64,000 nucleotides of DNA from a virus, in IMG/VR virus record IMGVR_UViG_3300025929_000012, positions 46,329 through 110,328 of that record; one strand, 5' to 3'. The notes beneath the pieces are model-generated. The model had not been told where the DNA came from. It searched no databases and saw nothing but the letters and a program-made list of their open reading frames with translations. This document shows positions 56,263 to 64,000 of this stretch, piece by piece (within the stretch, counting starts at the first letter, position 1; every line of letters begins with the position of its first letter). Made by a program: the position numbers and the translations under genes.

Positions 56263-56718
56263 ATGGTGATGGGGGAGGCAGCTACGCGGGCTGCCAGCCG
56301 GCGTAAGTCAGCCGCGCCGGACGGGTACGACCAGGTTGTCCGGCGGGAGGAATTCGAGGAGGCCCACCCGGCCGCGCATATCCGGTGTGACGGGCGGGAC
56401 TGGCGCGCGCAGTGGTCTCTCGGCGGGCCCCCGCTGCGGTCCCGGCCCCACTGGCAGCTGAACGGTCTTCTGGATGAGCTGGACCGCCTCGCCGCCGTCG
56501 ACGCCGAACGGCGGGCGATCATGGGCGACTTCCCCGGCTGGCACTGCTACGTCACCCGCCGCGGCCCGATGGAGTGGTGGCGGGCTTTTCCCCTCGGCGA
56601 TGGCGTGCAGGCGCCCCCGGAGGTGATCGCGGCGACCCCGGCGGGGCTGCGGACCGTGATCGCCGCGGCGGCGTGGTCCCGGTGGCGGCTGATCGTCCCG
56701 GCATGGGCGGCGGCGTGA
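56263..56718 (+). CDS. Hypothetical protein
   Basis: GGGAGG SD; FPGWHC...A.TP.GL. Confidence 0.55.
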   Translation: MVMGEAATRAASRRKSAAPDGYDQVVRREEFEEAHPAAHIRCDGRDWRAQWSLGGPPLRSRPHWQLNGLLDELDRLAAVDAERRAIMGDFPGWHCYVTRRGPMEWWRAFPLGDGVQAPPEVIAATPAGLRTVIAAAAWSRWRLIVPAWAAA

Positions 56719-57015
56719 GCGGGGCGGCGGGCAGGCTGGTGTGCCGGAAGTGCCGTGAGCCGGCGCGGCTGGAAGGCCCCGGCGCGCGCGGGGGCCCGCT
56801 CGAGCGGGCCCTGGCCCGCGCCGTCCACGACGCCACCGGCCTGGAGCGCGGCCCGGACGGCCACGTGGCCGCCCCCCTTGACGCGGGCATCGCCCGGCCC
56901 GCGCCCGCGTGATCCCCGGGGGACGGGGCGGCTCTCCCCGCCCCGTCCCCCGGCCTTGCGGTCACGAGCCCGCGCGGGCAGCCCCCGCCCCCCCCCTGCC
57001 GAGAGAAGGCCAGCC

Positions 57016-57810
57016 TTGCCGTCGCCTGAAGGTCCCCCCCGCCCGGTGCCGTCCCGCGTCCGGGACGCATTGCTCGGCGGTGACCGTAACCTTGCCGCCG
57101 ACCGGGACCACGCCGCGATGATGGAGGCCCGGTTCCCCGGCACCGCCGCCGCAGTCCGGGACGCCGCCGCGTTCACCGCCCGGGCCGTCACCTGGGCGGC
57201 GCGGCAGGGCATCGCCCGGTACGTGGTGCCCGAGCCGTGGCTGCCGTCGTGCGCGGTCCGGTCCGCCGCGCGGGCGGTGATCCCGTCAGCGCGGGTGGCG
57301 TACCTGTGCGGGGCGGGTGACCCGTCCGCGGTGGCGTACGCCCGGGACGCGGCTGCCCGGTTCCCCGGCACCGTCGTGGTCAGCGGCGCGGGGGGGCCGG
57401 CGGCGCTGCTGGCGTCGGCGGCGGCGCGGGCGGTCACCGGGGAGGGCGAGCCTGCCTGCGCGGTCCTGGCGATGATGGTCCACATGATGCCCCCCGGCGG
57501 TGCCCGCGGGCTGGTCGCCGGGGTGGCGGCGGGGCTGGCGCCGGGGTCGTGCGTGATCGTGTCGGCGGCGGTCCCGGCGGCCGGTCCGGACGGGGACGCG
57601 CTGATCGCGGCGGCGGCGGGGTGCGCGCCGGCGTGGCGGCACCCCCCTGCGGTGATCGCGGGGTGGCTGGAGGCGGCGGGCCTGGAGGTGGTGCCGCCGG
57701 GGGTGACGGACGTGCGGGGGTGGCGGGCGGGGTGGCCGGAGCCGCGGCTGCGGGCGCGGCCGCCGGCGGCGCTGATGATCGCCGGCGGGGTGGCGCGGGT
57801 GCCGGGCTAG
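57016..57810 (+). CDS. Degenerate actinobacterial SAM-methyltransferase-like protein (Methyltransf_19 type)
   Basis: SRVRDALLGGDRNLAADR...F..RAV...GI...GLAPGS...GLEVVPPGV..V..W; the LDIGxG motif is replaced. Confidence 0.6.
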   Translation: MPSPEGPPRPVPSRVRDALLGGDRNLAADRDHAAMMEARFPGTAAAVRDAAAFTARAVTWAARQGIARYVVPEPWLPSCAVRSAARAVIPSARVAYLCGAGDPSAVAYARDAAARFPGTVVVSGAGGPAALLASAAARAVTGEGEPACAVLAMMVHMMPPGGARGLVAGVAAGLAPGSCVIVSAAVPAAGPDGDALIAAAAGCAPAWRHPPAVIAGWLEAAGLEVVPPGVTDVRGWRAGWPEPRLRARPPAALMIAGGVARVPG

Positions 57811-58124
57811 GCGGGCAGCGGCCGGGTGGCGTGCTCGCCGTCGCGGAGGCCCTGCTCGTAGGCGTCGGCGGCGATCGTCCCGGCGCGGGACAGGCGGGCG
57901 AGGAGCCGGCTGGTGTCGGCGAGCTGCTCGGCGAGCCACAGCAGCTCGGGGCAGGGCGCGGGGGCGGCGCGGGCGGCTGCGCGGGCCTGGGCGCACAGCG
58001 CGGCGGCGCGGCGGAGGAGGTCCGCGGTGGCGGGCGGGGCGGGCGGCGGGGGTGATGCCCCGGGGGCGGCACCGCAGCCGGCCCCCGGGGGACAGAGGGT
58101 AATCAGGCCGTAGCTGTGCGTCAT
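57807..58124 (-). CDS. Hypothetical protein
   Basis: Ends AYEQGLRDG; stop overlaps MTase stop. Confidence 0.5.
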   Translation of the reverse strand: MTHSYGLITLCPPGAGCGAAPGASPPPPAPPATADLLRRAAALCAQARAAARAAPAPCPELLWLAEQLADTSRLLARLSRAGTIAADAYEQGLRDGEHATRPLPA

Positions 58125-58202
58125 GTCCGCAGCGTAACCGGTTAACGGCACTCGCAACATGCGTAACACCAGGTTAACCCTTTAACACCACCGGGGGACC
58201 GG

Positions 58203-58691
58203 TCAGCCCGCCCGCCGTGCCGCCCGCAGCGACGCCCGCCGCGCCCGCAGGCCCGCGATCTCCTCCGCCCGCTCATCCGCGGTGAACTCAGGCGACTCCC
58301 AGATCATCCGCTCGAGCGGGTCAGCGAACGGCACCTCGCCACGGGCCTCCGCCAGCACCTGCTCCCGCAGCGGCGCGTTCACGGCCTTCAGCGCCGCGTA
58401 CAGGGCATCGCGGACGGCCTGGTCCGGCGGCGGCAGCGCCGGGGGCTCCGTCTCGTAGCCGGCGGCGGGCAGCAGCCGCAGCGCGAGGCCGGACACGGCG
58501 GGGCGGTTCTCGATGAGCCACGCGGTGAGGCGGCGCAGCGGCTCGTAGCCGGGGCGGCCCGTGCCCTTGGCCCACCGCCATGCCTGGCTGCGGTCCACGC
58601 CCGCCGCGTCGGCTATGTCGGAGTCGGTAAGGCCGGCGGCGGCCTTTGCCTCCTTCAGGAGGCGCGCGAGCTCAGCGCCGTCGTCGTGCAC
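58203..58691 (-). CDS. XRE repressor (cI-like)
   Basis: LARLLKEAKAAAGLTDSDIADAAGVDRSQAWRWAKG; leaderless GTG 6 nt after TATGTT. Confidence 0.8.
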   Translation of the reverse strand: MHDDGAELARLLKEAKAAAGLTDSDIADAAGVDRSQAWRWAKGTGRPGYEPLRRLTAWLIENRPAVSGLALRLLPAAGYETEPPALPPPDQAVRDALYAALKAVNAPLREQVLAEARGEVPFADPLERMIWESPEFTADERAEEIAGLRARRASLRAARRAG

Positions 58692-58829
58692 CGATGCAAC
58701 ATAGCACACGGGGCCTTTGAGCGCACGCACGCGGGGTTCCCGCTGGTCACGGTACCCGCCGGGTGTGCGCCTGCGCAACGGGACACGCAGGCCGAGGGGT
58801 GCCGATTGACAAATCGCTGGCCACGGGCG

Positions 58830-58858
58830 TTGAGAATGCGCACGCGCACTGGTATGTT
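58830..58858 (+). promoter_or_regulatory. Cro promoter with palindromic operator
   Basis: TTGAGA-17-TATGTT; spacer holds TGCGC-AC-GCGCA; related TGCGCCTGCGCA near 58766. Confidence 0.7.
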
Positions 58859-58864
58859 GAGTGC

Positions 58865-59143
58865 ATGCGCACTCCGACCTTGCCGCCCCCGGGACCGCCG
58901 GCCCCGGCGACCCTCCGGCTCCGCGACGGCCAGTTCCGGCGGTACGCCGGGCTGCAGGGCCTCGTCACCGACGCCGAGATAGCCGCGGCAACTGGCCTGG
59001 ACCGGTCCACCGTCAACCGGCTGCTCCGCCGCGAGCTCGCCCCCGGGCACCGGATCATCGCCGCGATCCTGCTGGCGTTCCCCGACCGGCGCTTCGACGA
59101 CTTCTTCGAGATCGCCCCCGGGGCAGTACCCGCCGCCGCCTGA
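58865..59143 (+). CDS. Cro-like HTH protein
   Basis: TDAEIAAATGLDRSTVNRLLR..PG...FDDFFEI; divergent from cI. Confidence 0.8.
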   Translation: MRTPTLPPPGPPAPATLRLRDGQFRRYAGLQGLVTDAEIAAATGLDRSTVNRLLRRELAPGHRIIAAILLAFPDRRFDDFFEIAPGAVPAAA

Positions 59144-59235
59144 AAAGCGTGCCCCCGGCCGCCTTGCACGCGACCGGGGGAAGCCGGAGAGCAACCGGCA
59201 CACCGCCAACGATAACCGAACGGAGAGCGAATCGC

Positions 59236-59733
59236 ATGACCATGACCGCCATTTCGCCCGAAAAGGCCGCCGGCGCCCCGGATGACGAGGCGACGCGACG
59301 CGCCGCCTACGTCGCCGGGCTACGGGTCCTCGCCGGGATACTGGAGAACCACCCTGAGGTCCCGCTGCCCTTCCACGGGTCGGCCAGCCCGCTCACCTTC
59401 CACTTCCTGGCCGGCAACGGGGACCGGGAGAGGATGGCCGCCGCCGCCCGGGCGCTGCCCTGCACGTGGCGGAAGGGCGCCCGGGACTACGGCGAGCTCG
59501 GCGGTGCCTACTTCGACCTCGCCGGGGACCTCGCCGGCCTGAAGGTTCAGCTCACCGCCGCCCGCGAGGACGTCTGCGAAAAGGTCGTCACCGGCAAGCG
59601 GGAGGTCACGGAGATGGTCAAGGACCCCGTCCTCCTCGCCGCGGTGCCCCTGACCGAGGTCACCCGCGAGGTCGAGGAAGTGGAATGGCGATGCAGGCCC
59701 GTCACCGCCCCGGCGAAGGCCAGGACCACATGA
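59236..59733 (+). CDS. Hypothetical early protein
   Basis: GLRVLA.ILE.HPEVPLP...REDVCEKVVTG. Confidence 0.75.
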   Translation: MTMTAISPEKAAGAPDDEATRRAAYVAGLRVLAGILENHPEVPLPFHGSASPLTFHFLAGNGDRERMAAAARALPCTWRKGARDYGELGGAYFDLAGDLAGLKVQLTAAREDVCEKVVTGKREVTEMVKDPVLLAAVPLTEVTREVEEVEWRCRPVTAPAKARTT

Positions 59734-60953
59734 CCAGCCCCGGCCCCGCCACTGCGGAAGTGTCAGTCACCCGCGACGACGATTCCCGCTACTACCCGTA
59801 CCCGCCGACCCAGGAGCTCCTCGACTCGGTCACCACGATCATCGGGGCGACGAGCTCCAAGCCATGGATCGCGAAGTGGCACGGGTCCACGTCAACCGCG
59901 TGGTGCGTCGACAACATCGGCCGGGTGGCCCGGGTGAAGCGGCTGGAAGGCCGGAAGGCCGCCATCGACCTCGGGAAGGACGCCGCCGAGCGGATCCGCG
60001 ACATCAAGTCCGACGCCGGCGTCCACGTCCACGACGTGCAGCAGGCACTCATCCTGTGGGCCGCCTCGCCGGGCAGGACCGGCACCGACATCGCGTACCC
60101 GCTGCTTCCCGAGCACCTGGAGAAGGCCACCTACGACCTCGGCGACGGACGCCCGGAGCCGCCGCTGCTCCGCGACGTCGTTGACTGGATGGTCGACGGG
60201 TTCATCAACTGGGTGTCCGATTTCAACCCCCGCTTCGAGTCCACTGAGATGCCGGTTTACAACCAGCCCCTCGGCTACGCCGGCACCCTCGACGCGATCG
60301 TCGCCCTTGACGGGTACGCGCTCAGCTACGGCACCGGCCCGAAGGGCGCCGATGAGGTCATCGCCTCACCCGGGTCCGTCCTGCGGGCCTGCATCGACAC
60401 GAAGACCGGAAAGGCCCCGGAAGGCACCTGGAAAGAGCAGCTCGCCGCGTACCGGCGGGCCACCGAGTGCCAGCCCGCGATGGTCGAGGGGCTGTACCCG
60501 ATGCCCCCCACCGACTGCGGGGCCGTGCTGCACCTGCGGCCCGACTACCCCGACGGCTACTCGCTGACGCTGGTCTCCGCCCGCGATGACGAGGCGGCGT
60601 GGGAGCGGTTCGCGAAGGCGGCCAGCATCTACCGGGACCGGCAGGCGGTGAAGGACAGGCCAGGCCCGGCTATCCGCCCGCTGAACGCTGACGGCACCAT
60701 GCCCGGCTACCGGCTCTGCGATGTCATCGGCATGGGCTACGGGCGGGCGCTCGCCCCACTGCGGAAGGCCCTCGGCGCTGACGCGGAGCTAACCGAGGTC
60801 GCCCGGTTCAGCGCCGGGGAGATCCTCGCCGTCAAGGGCGTCGGCCCCAAGCTGATCGACGTCATCCGGGAGATGCTCGCCGACCACCACCTCGCCCTCA
60901 AGGGCGAGGAGATCCTGCCACGCACGTGCCCCCCGAACGCGAAGGCGGCCTGA
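59730..60953 (+). CDS. PD-(D/E)XK exonuclease-like protein with C-terminal HhH/alphaCTD-like domain
   Basis: SVTTII, G..VH, GYAGTLD, IDTKTG, QLAAY; C-terminal ILAVKGVGPK. Confidence 0.8.
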   Translation: MTSPGPATAEVSVTRDDDSRYYPYPPTQELLDSVTTIIGATSSKPWIAKWHGSTSTAWCVDNIGRVARVKRLEGRKAAIDLGKDAAERIRDIKSDAGVHVHDVQQALILWAASPGRTGTDIAYPLLPEHLEKATYDLGDGRPEPPLLRDVVDWMVDGFINWVSDFNPRFESTEMPVYNQPLGYAGTLDAIVALDGYALSYGTGPKGADEVIASPGSVLRACIDTKTGKAPEGTWKEQLAAYRRATECQPAMVEGLYPMPPTDCGAVLHLRPDYPDGYSLTLVSARDDEAAWERFAKAASIYRDRQAVKDRPGPAIRPLNADGTMPGYRLCDVIGMGYGRALAPLRKALGADAELTEVARFSAGEILAVKGVGPKLIDVIREMLADHHLALKGEEILPRTCPPNAKAA

Positions 60954-60955
60954 CC

Positions 60956-61171
60956 ATGCCGATCGAATTCCGGTTCTCAACCGGTGACAAGGAGATAGCC
61001 GACAGCATCGCCCGCCAGTACGGCGGCGAGGTGCATCCGCTGGACGGCCCTATCGGCGGGTACGAGGTCGTGGCCGTCATCGCCAGCACGGACGCTGAGG
61101 ACGACGCCACCTTCGATGGTGACCTCACCTACTGGAGCGACGACGACGTGCCGGCCGGGGACGTGGCCTGA
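60956..61171 (+). CDS. Small acidic protein
   Basis: FRFST..KEIADSIARQYGG resembles part of the next gene. Confidence 0.55.
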   Translation: MPIEFRFSTGDKEIADSIARQYGGEVHPLDGPIGGYEVVAVIASTDAEDDATFDGDLTYWSDDDVPAGDVA

Positions 61172-61172
61172 C

Positions 61173-62480
61173 ATGCCGATCGACGGGACGCTCCTCGGGC
61201 TGCAGCGGCGTGACGCGCGGCTCGGCGAGATCCGCATCGGCACGTCCGTGGAGGTGCCCGGGAAGAAGGGCCGGCAGCCGCAGCGGCTGGAGGCATTCCG
61301 GTTCACCACCTCAGTTGAGCTGAACGCGCGGGCCATCGTCGCCAAGTTCGGCGGGGAGATGGCCCCCTGGGAGCGGCGGAAGGGCCGCTGGGAGGTCATC
61401 ACCGCCTGCACCGCCCTGGAAGTGTTCGTGCCCCCGGCCGGGGCGGCGGTCGACACGAACATGGAACTGTGGGACGACCAGAAGCGGCTCCGGGTCTGCG
61501 ACGGCCGTATCGAGCAGATCAGCGGCGAGCCGTGCTCCTGCCCCCGCCCCGCCGACCCGTATGACCCGGCGTCAGTGCGGGCGGCCCTCGACGAGCGGCA
61601 CCGGCTTGCCTCCATGCGGCACCCGCAGGCATGCAGGCCCCGCACCCGCATTAACGTCACCATCCCCGGGCTGCCCGGCCTCGTCGGCGTGTGGTGCCTC
61701 AGCACTGGCAGCGAGAACGCCGCCGTGGAGATCGCCGCCGCCGGCGACGCGATGATGTTCGCCCGCGAAGGCGGCGTCTACCTCCCCGCGGTGCTGTCCA
61801 TCCAGTGGCGGAACCGGGCCGACACAGGGGCGCCCTACCCGGTGCCGTTCCTCCAGATCGGCGTGTCGATGGCGGAGCTCGCCGCAGGGCAGTTGCCTGC
61901 CGGGGTGGGCGGCCTGGCGGCCCAGCTCAAGGCCGCCGCGGAGCACCGCGCTATCGCCGCTGACGGGGACCAGGCCCGCGCTATCACCGCCGGGGGCGAG
62001 GAACGCGTCATTACCGGGAAGACCCTCCCGCCCGGTTCTAAGCCCCCCGCTGCGGACGATGACGGGCAGTGGCCGCAGGAGCCTGAGGAGCCCGCGGACG
62101 GCGTCCTGGCCGAGGATGAGGTGGACTGGCTCGCCGCCGACTCGGAAGCCGCAGCGACCTTCACCACGAAGGACCAGGCCCGCGCACTGTGGCGGGCAGT
62201 CGCGGCCAGGGCCAGCGCTGGCGTGTACGGGGCAGACGACGCCGAGCGCATCCAGGGCACCATAACCGCACGGCTGGCGGACCTCGCCGCGCCCGCTGGC
62301 ACGCTCGCCGACGATGACCCGTGGCGGCTGAAGGCCGAAGGGCTCGGCGACGAGCACGACGCCGCTAACGCGCTTGACGAGCTCGCTGAGCGTACTTCAG
62401 CCGGGGCCGTGGACCCCCGCCGTTCTGCCCTCATCCGCGCCGCCATCCTGGCCCGCTTCCCCCGGGCGGAGGCGGCATGA
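61173..62480 (+). CDS. Gp3-like (recombination-directionality-factor-like) protein
   Basis: RLGEIRIG...P.RLEAFRFTTS...WEVIT...ELW...R.CDG...C.P.TR..V...G.W.LSTGS.NAA.E. Confidence 0.7.
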   Translation: MPIDGTLLGLQRRDARLGEIRIGTSVEVPGKKGRQPQRLEAFRFTTSVELNARAIVAKFGGEMAPWERRKGRWEVITACTALEVFVPPAGAAVDTNMELWDDQKRLRVCDGRIEQISGEPCSCPRPADPYDPASVRAALDERHRLASMRHPQACRPRTRINVTIPGLPGLVGVWCLSTGSENAAVEIAAAGDAMMFAREGGVYLPAVLSIQWRNRADTGAPYPVPFLQIGVSMAELAAGQLPAGVGGLAAQLKAAAEHRAIAADGDQARAITAGGEERVITGKTLPPGSKPPAADDDGQWPQEPEEPADGVLAEDEVDWLAADSEAAATFTTKDQARALWRAVAARASAGVYGADDAERIQGTITARLADLAAPAGTLADDDPWRLKAEGLGDEHDAANALDELAERTSAGAVDPRRSALIRAAILARFPRAEAA

Positions 62481-63202
62481 ACGCCCCCTGGCACCTCGGC
62501 ATGATGTGCGCGTTCGACACCGAAACTACATCGGCCGACCCCGAGGCGGCCCGGCTGGTCACCGCGTGCATCGCCTGGATTGACGGCAGCGGGAACACCC
62601 CGCCCGCGTCGCGGGACTGGCTGGTGGACCCCGGCTGGGACATCCCGGAGCAGGCCACCGCGATCCACGGGATAACCACCGCGCACGCCCGCGAGAACGG
62701 CACGCCGACAGTCACCGCCCTCCCGGAGATAACCGGGGAGCTGACCCGGGCAGCGTCCGCCCTCGCCCCCGTGATCGCGTACAACGCCCCCTATGACCTC
62801 ACCGTCCTCGACCGGGAGACCCGCCGCCACGGCATGACGGCGTTCGGGGCGGAACTGGACGCCGCGAAGGCAACCGTCGTGGACCCGTTCGTGCTCGACA
62901 AGGCACTCGACCCGTACCGGAAAGGATCACGGAAGCTCACCGACGTCGCCGCGCACTACGGAGTGAAGGCAGGCGAGGCGCACACCGCCGCCGGGGACGC
63001 GGTCACCGCCGCGCGGATCGCGTGGAAGATCGCCGCCGCCTACCCGCACGTCGGGCGCATGTCACTGACTGAGCTGCACGCCTTCCAGGTGAAGGCGAAG
63101 GCGCAGCAGGCCCGCTCATTCCAGGACTACCTGCGCCGCACTGGCAGCGCCGAAGTAGTAGACGGGTCATGGCCGCTGCGGGCATGGGCGGAGGCGGCAT
63201 GA
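62477..63202 (+). CDS. DnaQ-like DEDDh 3'-5' exonuclease
   Basis: FDTETT, YNAPYD, AHTAAGDA. Confidence 0.9.
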   Translation: MNAPWHLGMMCAFDTETTSADPEAARLVTACIAWIDGSGNTPPASRDWLVDPGWDIPEQATAIHGITTAHARENGTPTVTALPEITGELTRAASALAPVIAYNAPYDLTVLDRETRRHGMTAFGAELDAAKATVVDPFVLDKALDPYRKGSRKLTDVAAHYGVKAGEAHTAAGDAVTAARIAWKIAAAYPHVGRMSLTELHAFQVKAKAQQARSFQDYLRRTGSAEVVDGSWPLRAWAEAA

Positions 63203-63438
63203 GCGCCTTCAGCGCCGCGTGGCAGGAAGTCACCTGCCGTACCTGCAAGCGCACGTACACCTGCACGCCGGAAGACGACTACTACAACGCCGACAGCGCC
63301 ACGACCGGCGTATGCCACGGATGCCTCCTCGCCGGGAGCGGCCTCAACCCGGAGACCACGCCGGTCCGGGTGATCAACCTGACAGGCGGGGGAACTGACC
63401 CGCGTGACCTGTCACGCAAGCCCGGGGGCGCGTCATGA
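63199..63438 (+). CDS. Small Zn-binding protein
   Basis: CRTC...CHGC; ATGA coupling. Confidence 0.6.
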   Translation: MSAFSAAWQEVTCRTCKRTYTCTPEDDYYNADSATTGVCHGCLLAGSGLNPETTPVRVINLTGGGTDPRDLSRKPGGAS

Positions 63439-64000
63439 AGCGGTCACAGATGCCGCGCCGCGCTACGCCGATGCGCCTGTGCGGGAAGCAGTACTGGTCA
63501 GCCGGGGAGATACCCGAGGGCGCGCGGCTCAAGGACGGAGACTGCCCGTGCGGTGCCCTCCACGCCTGGCCGTCATCTCCAGCCCGGGTCCAGGCACTGC
63601 CTCCCCGCCCGCGTGACACGGGGTTCCCTGCCCGGGTGAAGCTCCTCGTGCGCGCCCGCGCCGGAGCCGGGGAAATCGATGACGCGGCCTGCGAGTCGTG
63701 CCGCCGCTGGCTAGGCCGGTACGGCGGTCAGGTGCAGCACATCGTGGCGCGCGGCGCGGGCGGCACGAGTAACACGGTGCTCGCCACCGTCGTCAACGCG
63801 GCGCTGCTGTGCGGCACTCCGGGAGACAAGAAGACCTGCCATGGCCTCACCGAGTCCCGTGACCTGCGGATGCAGGCGAGGGGCTTCTGGCTCCCGCGGG
63901 GAACCGACCCGCGCCTGGCACCGATGACCTTGCACACCGGCGCCGAGGTGTGGCGGTCCGAGGCCGGCGGGTACCTGTTCGAGGCCCCGGCAGGTGCCGC
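63435..64000 (+). CDS. HNH-like protein (runs off window end)
   Basis: Hand translation: CESC...QVQHIVARGAGG...NAALLCG...TCHG. Confidence 0.65.
   Translation, partial: MKRSQMPRRATPMRLCGKQYWSAGEIPEGARLKDGDCPCGALHAWPSSPARVQALPPRPRDTGFPARVKLLVRARAGAGEIDDAACESCRRWLGRYGGQVQHIVARGAGGTSNTVLATVVNAALLCGTPGDKKTCHGLTESRDLRMQARGFWLPRGTDPRLAPMTLHTGAEVWRSEAGGYLFEAPAGA

Overview
High-GC (~70%) segment of an actinobacterial tailed (siphovirus-like) phage or prophage. Left part (1-36.6 kb, mostly - strand): a late operon running small and large terminase, ParB-MTase, portal, MuF-like minor head, several head-region proteins (one a ParB + zeta-toxin fusion), Mu I/Z-like protease/scaffold, decoration protein, major capsid, connectors, major tail, frameshifting tail chaperones and the start of the tape measure. 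It is interleaved with two free-standing HNH genes and about seven + strand, leaderless-promoter gene cassettes. Middle (36.6-48.8 kb, - strand): an AICE/Streptomyces-plasmid-like transfer operon (Xis-like HTH, WhiB, Spd-like membrane proteins, FtsK, NlpC/P60, lytic transglycosylase) with two oppositely oriented 12-bp-period GGGTAAC arrays. Right (48.9-64 kb, mostly + strand): DUF6879/XRE module, GIY-YIG, PP2C-like, replication initiator, cI/cro switch and early recombination genes. No integrase, tRNA, rRNA or CRISPR array was seen. The strongest novel signals are (1) three tiny inserts in head-region genes shaped like translational-bypass elements (take-off codon, then TTA or TAA, then a near-cognate landing codon), (2) a conjugation-type module with a candidate cis-acting locus inside a phage, and (3) putative protease-processed, capsid-packaged effector polyproteins. 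Product names come from motif recognition and synteny only; no searches were run.
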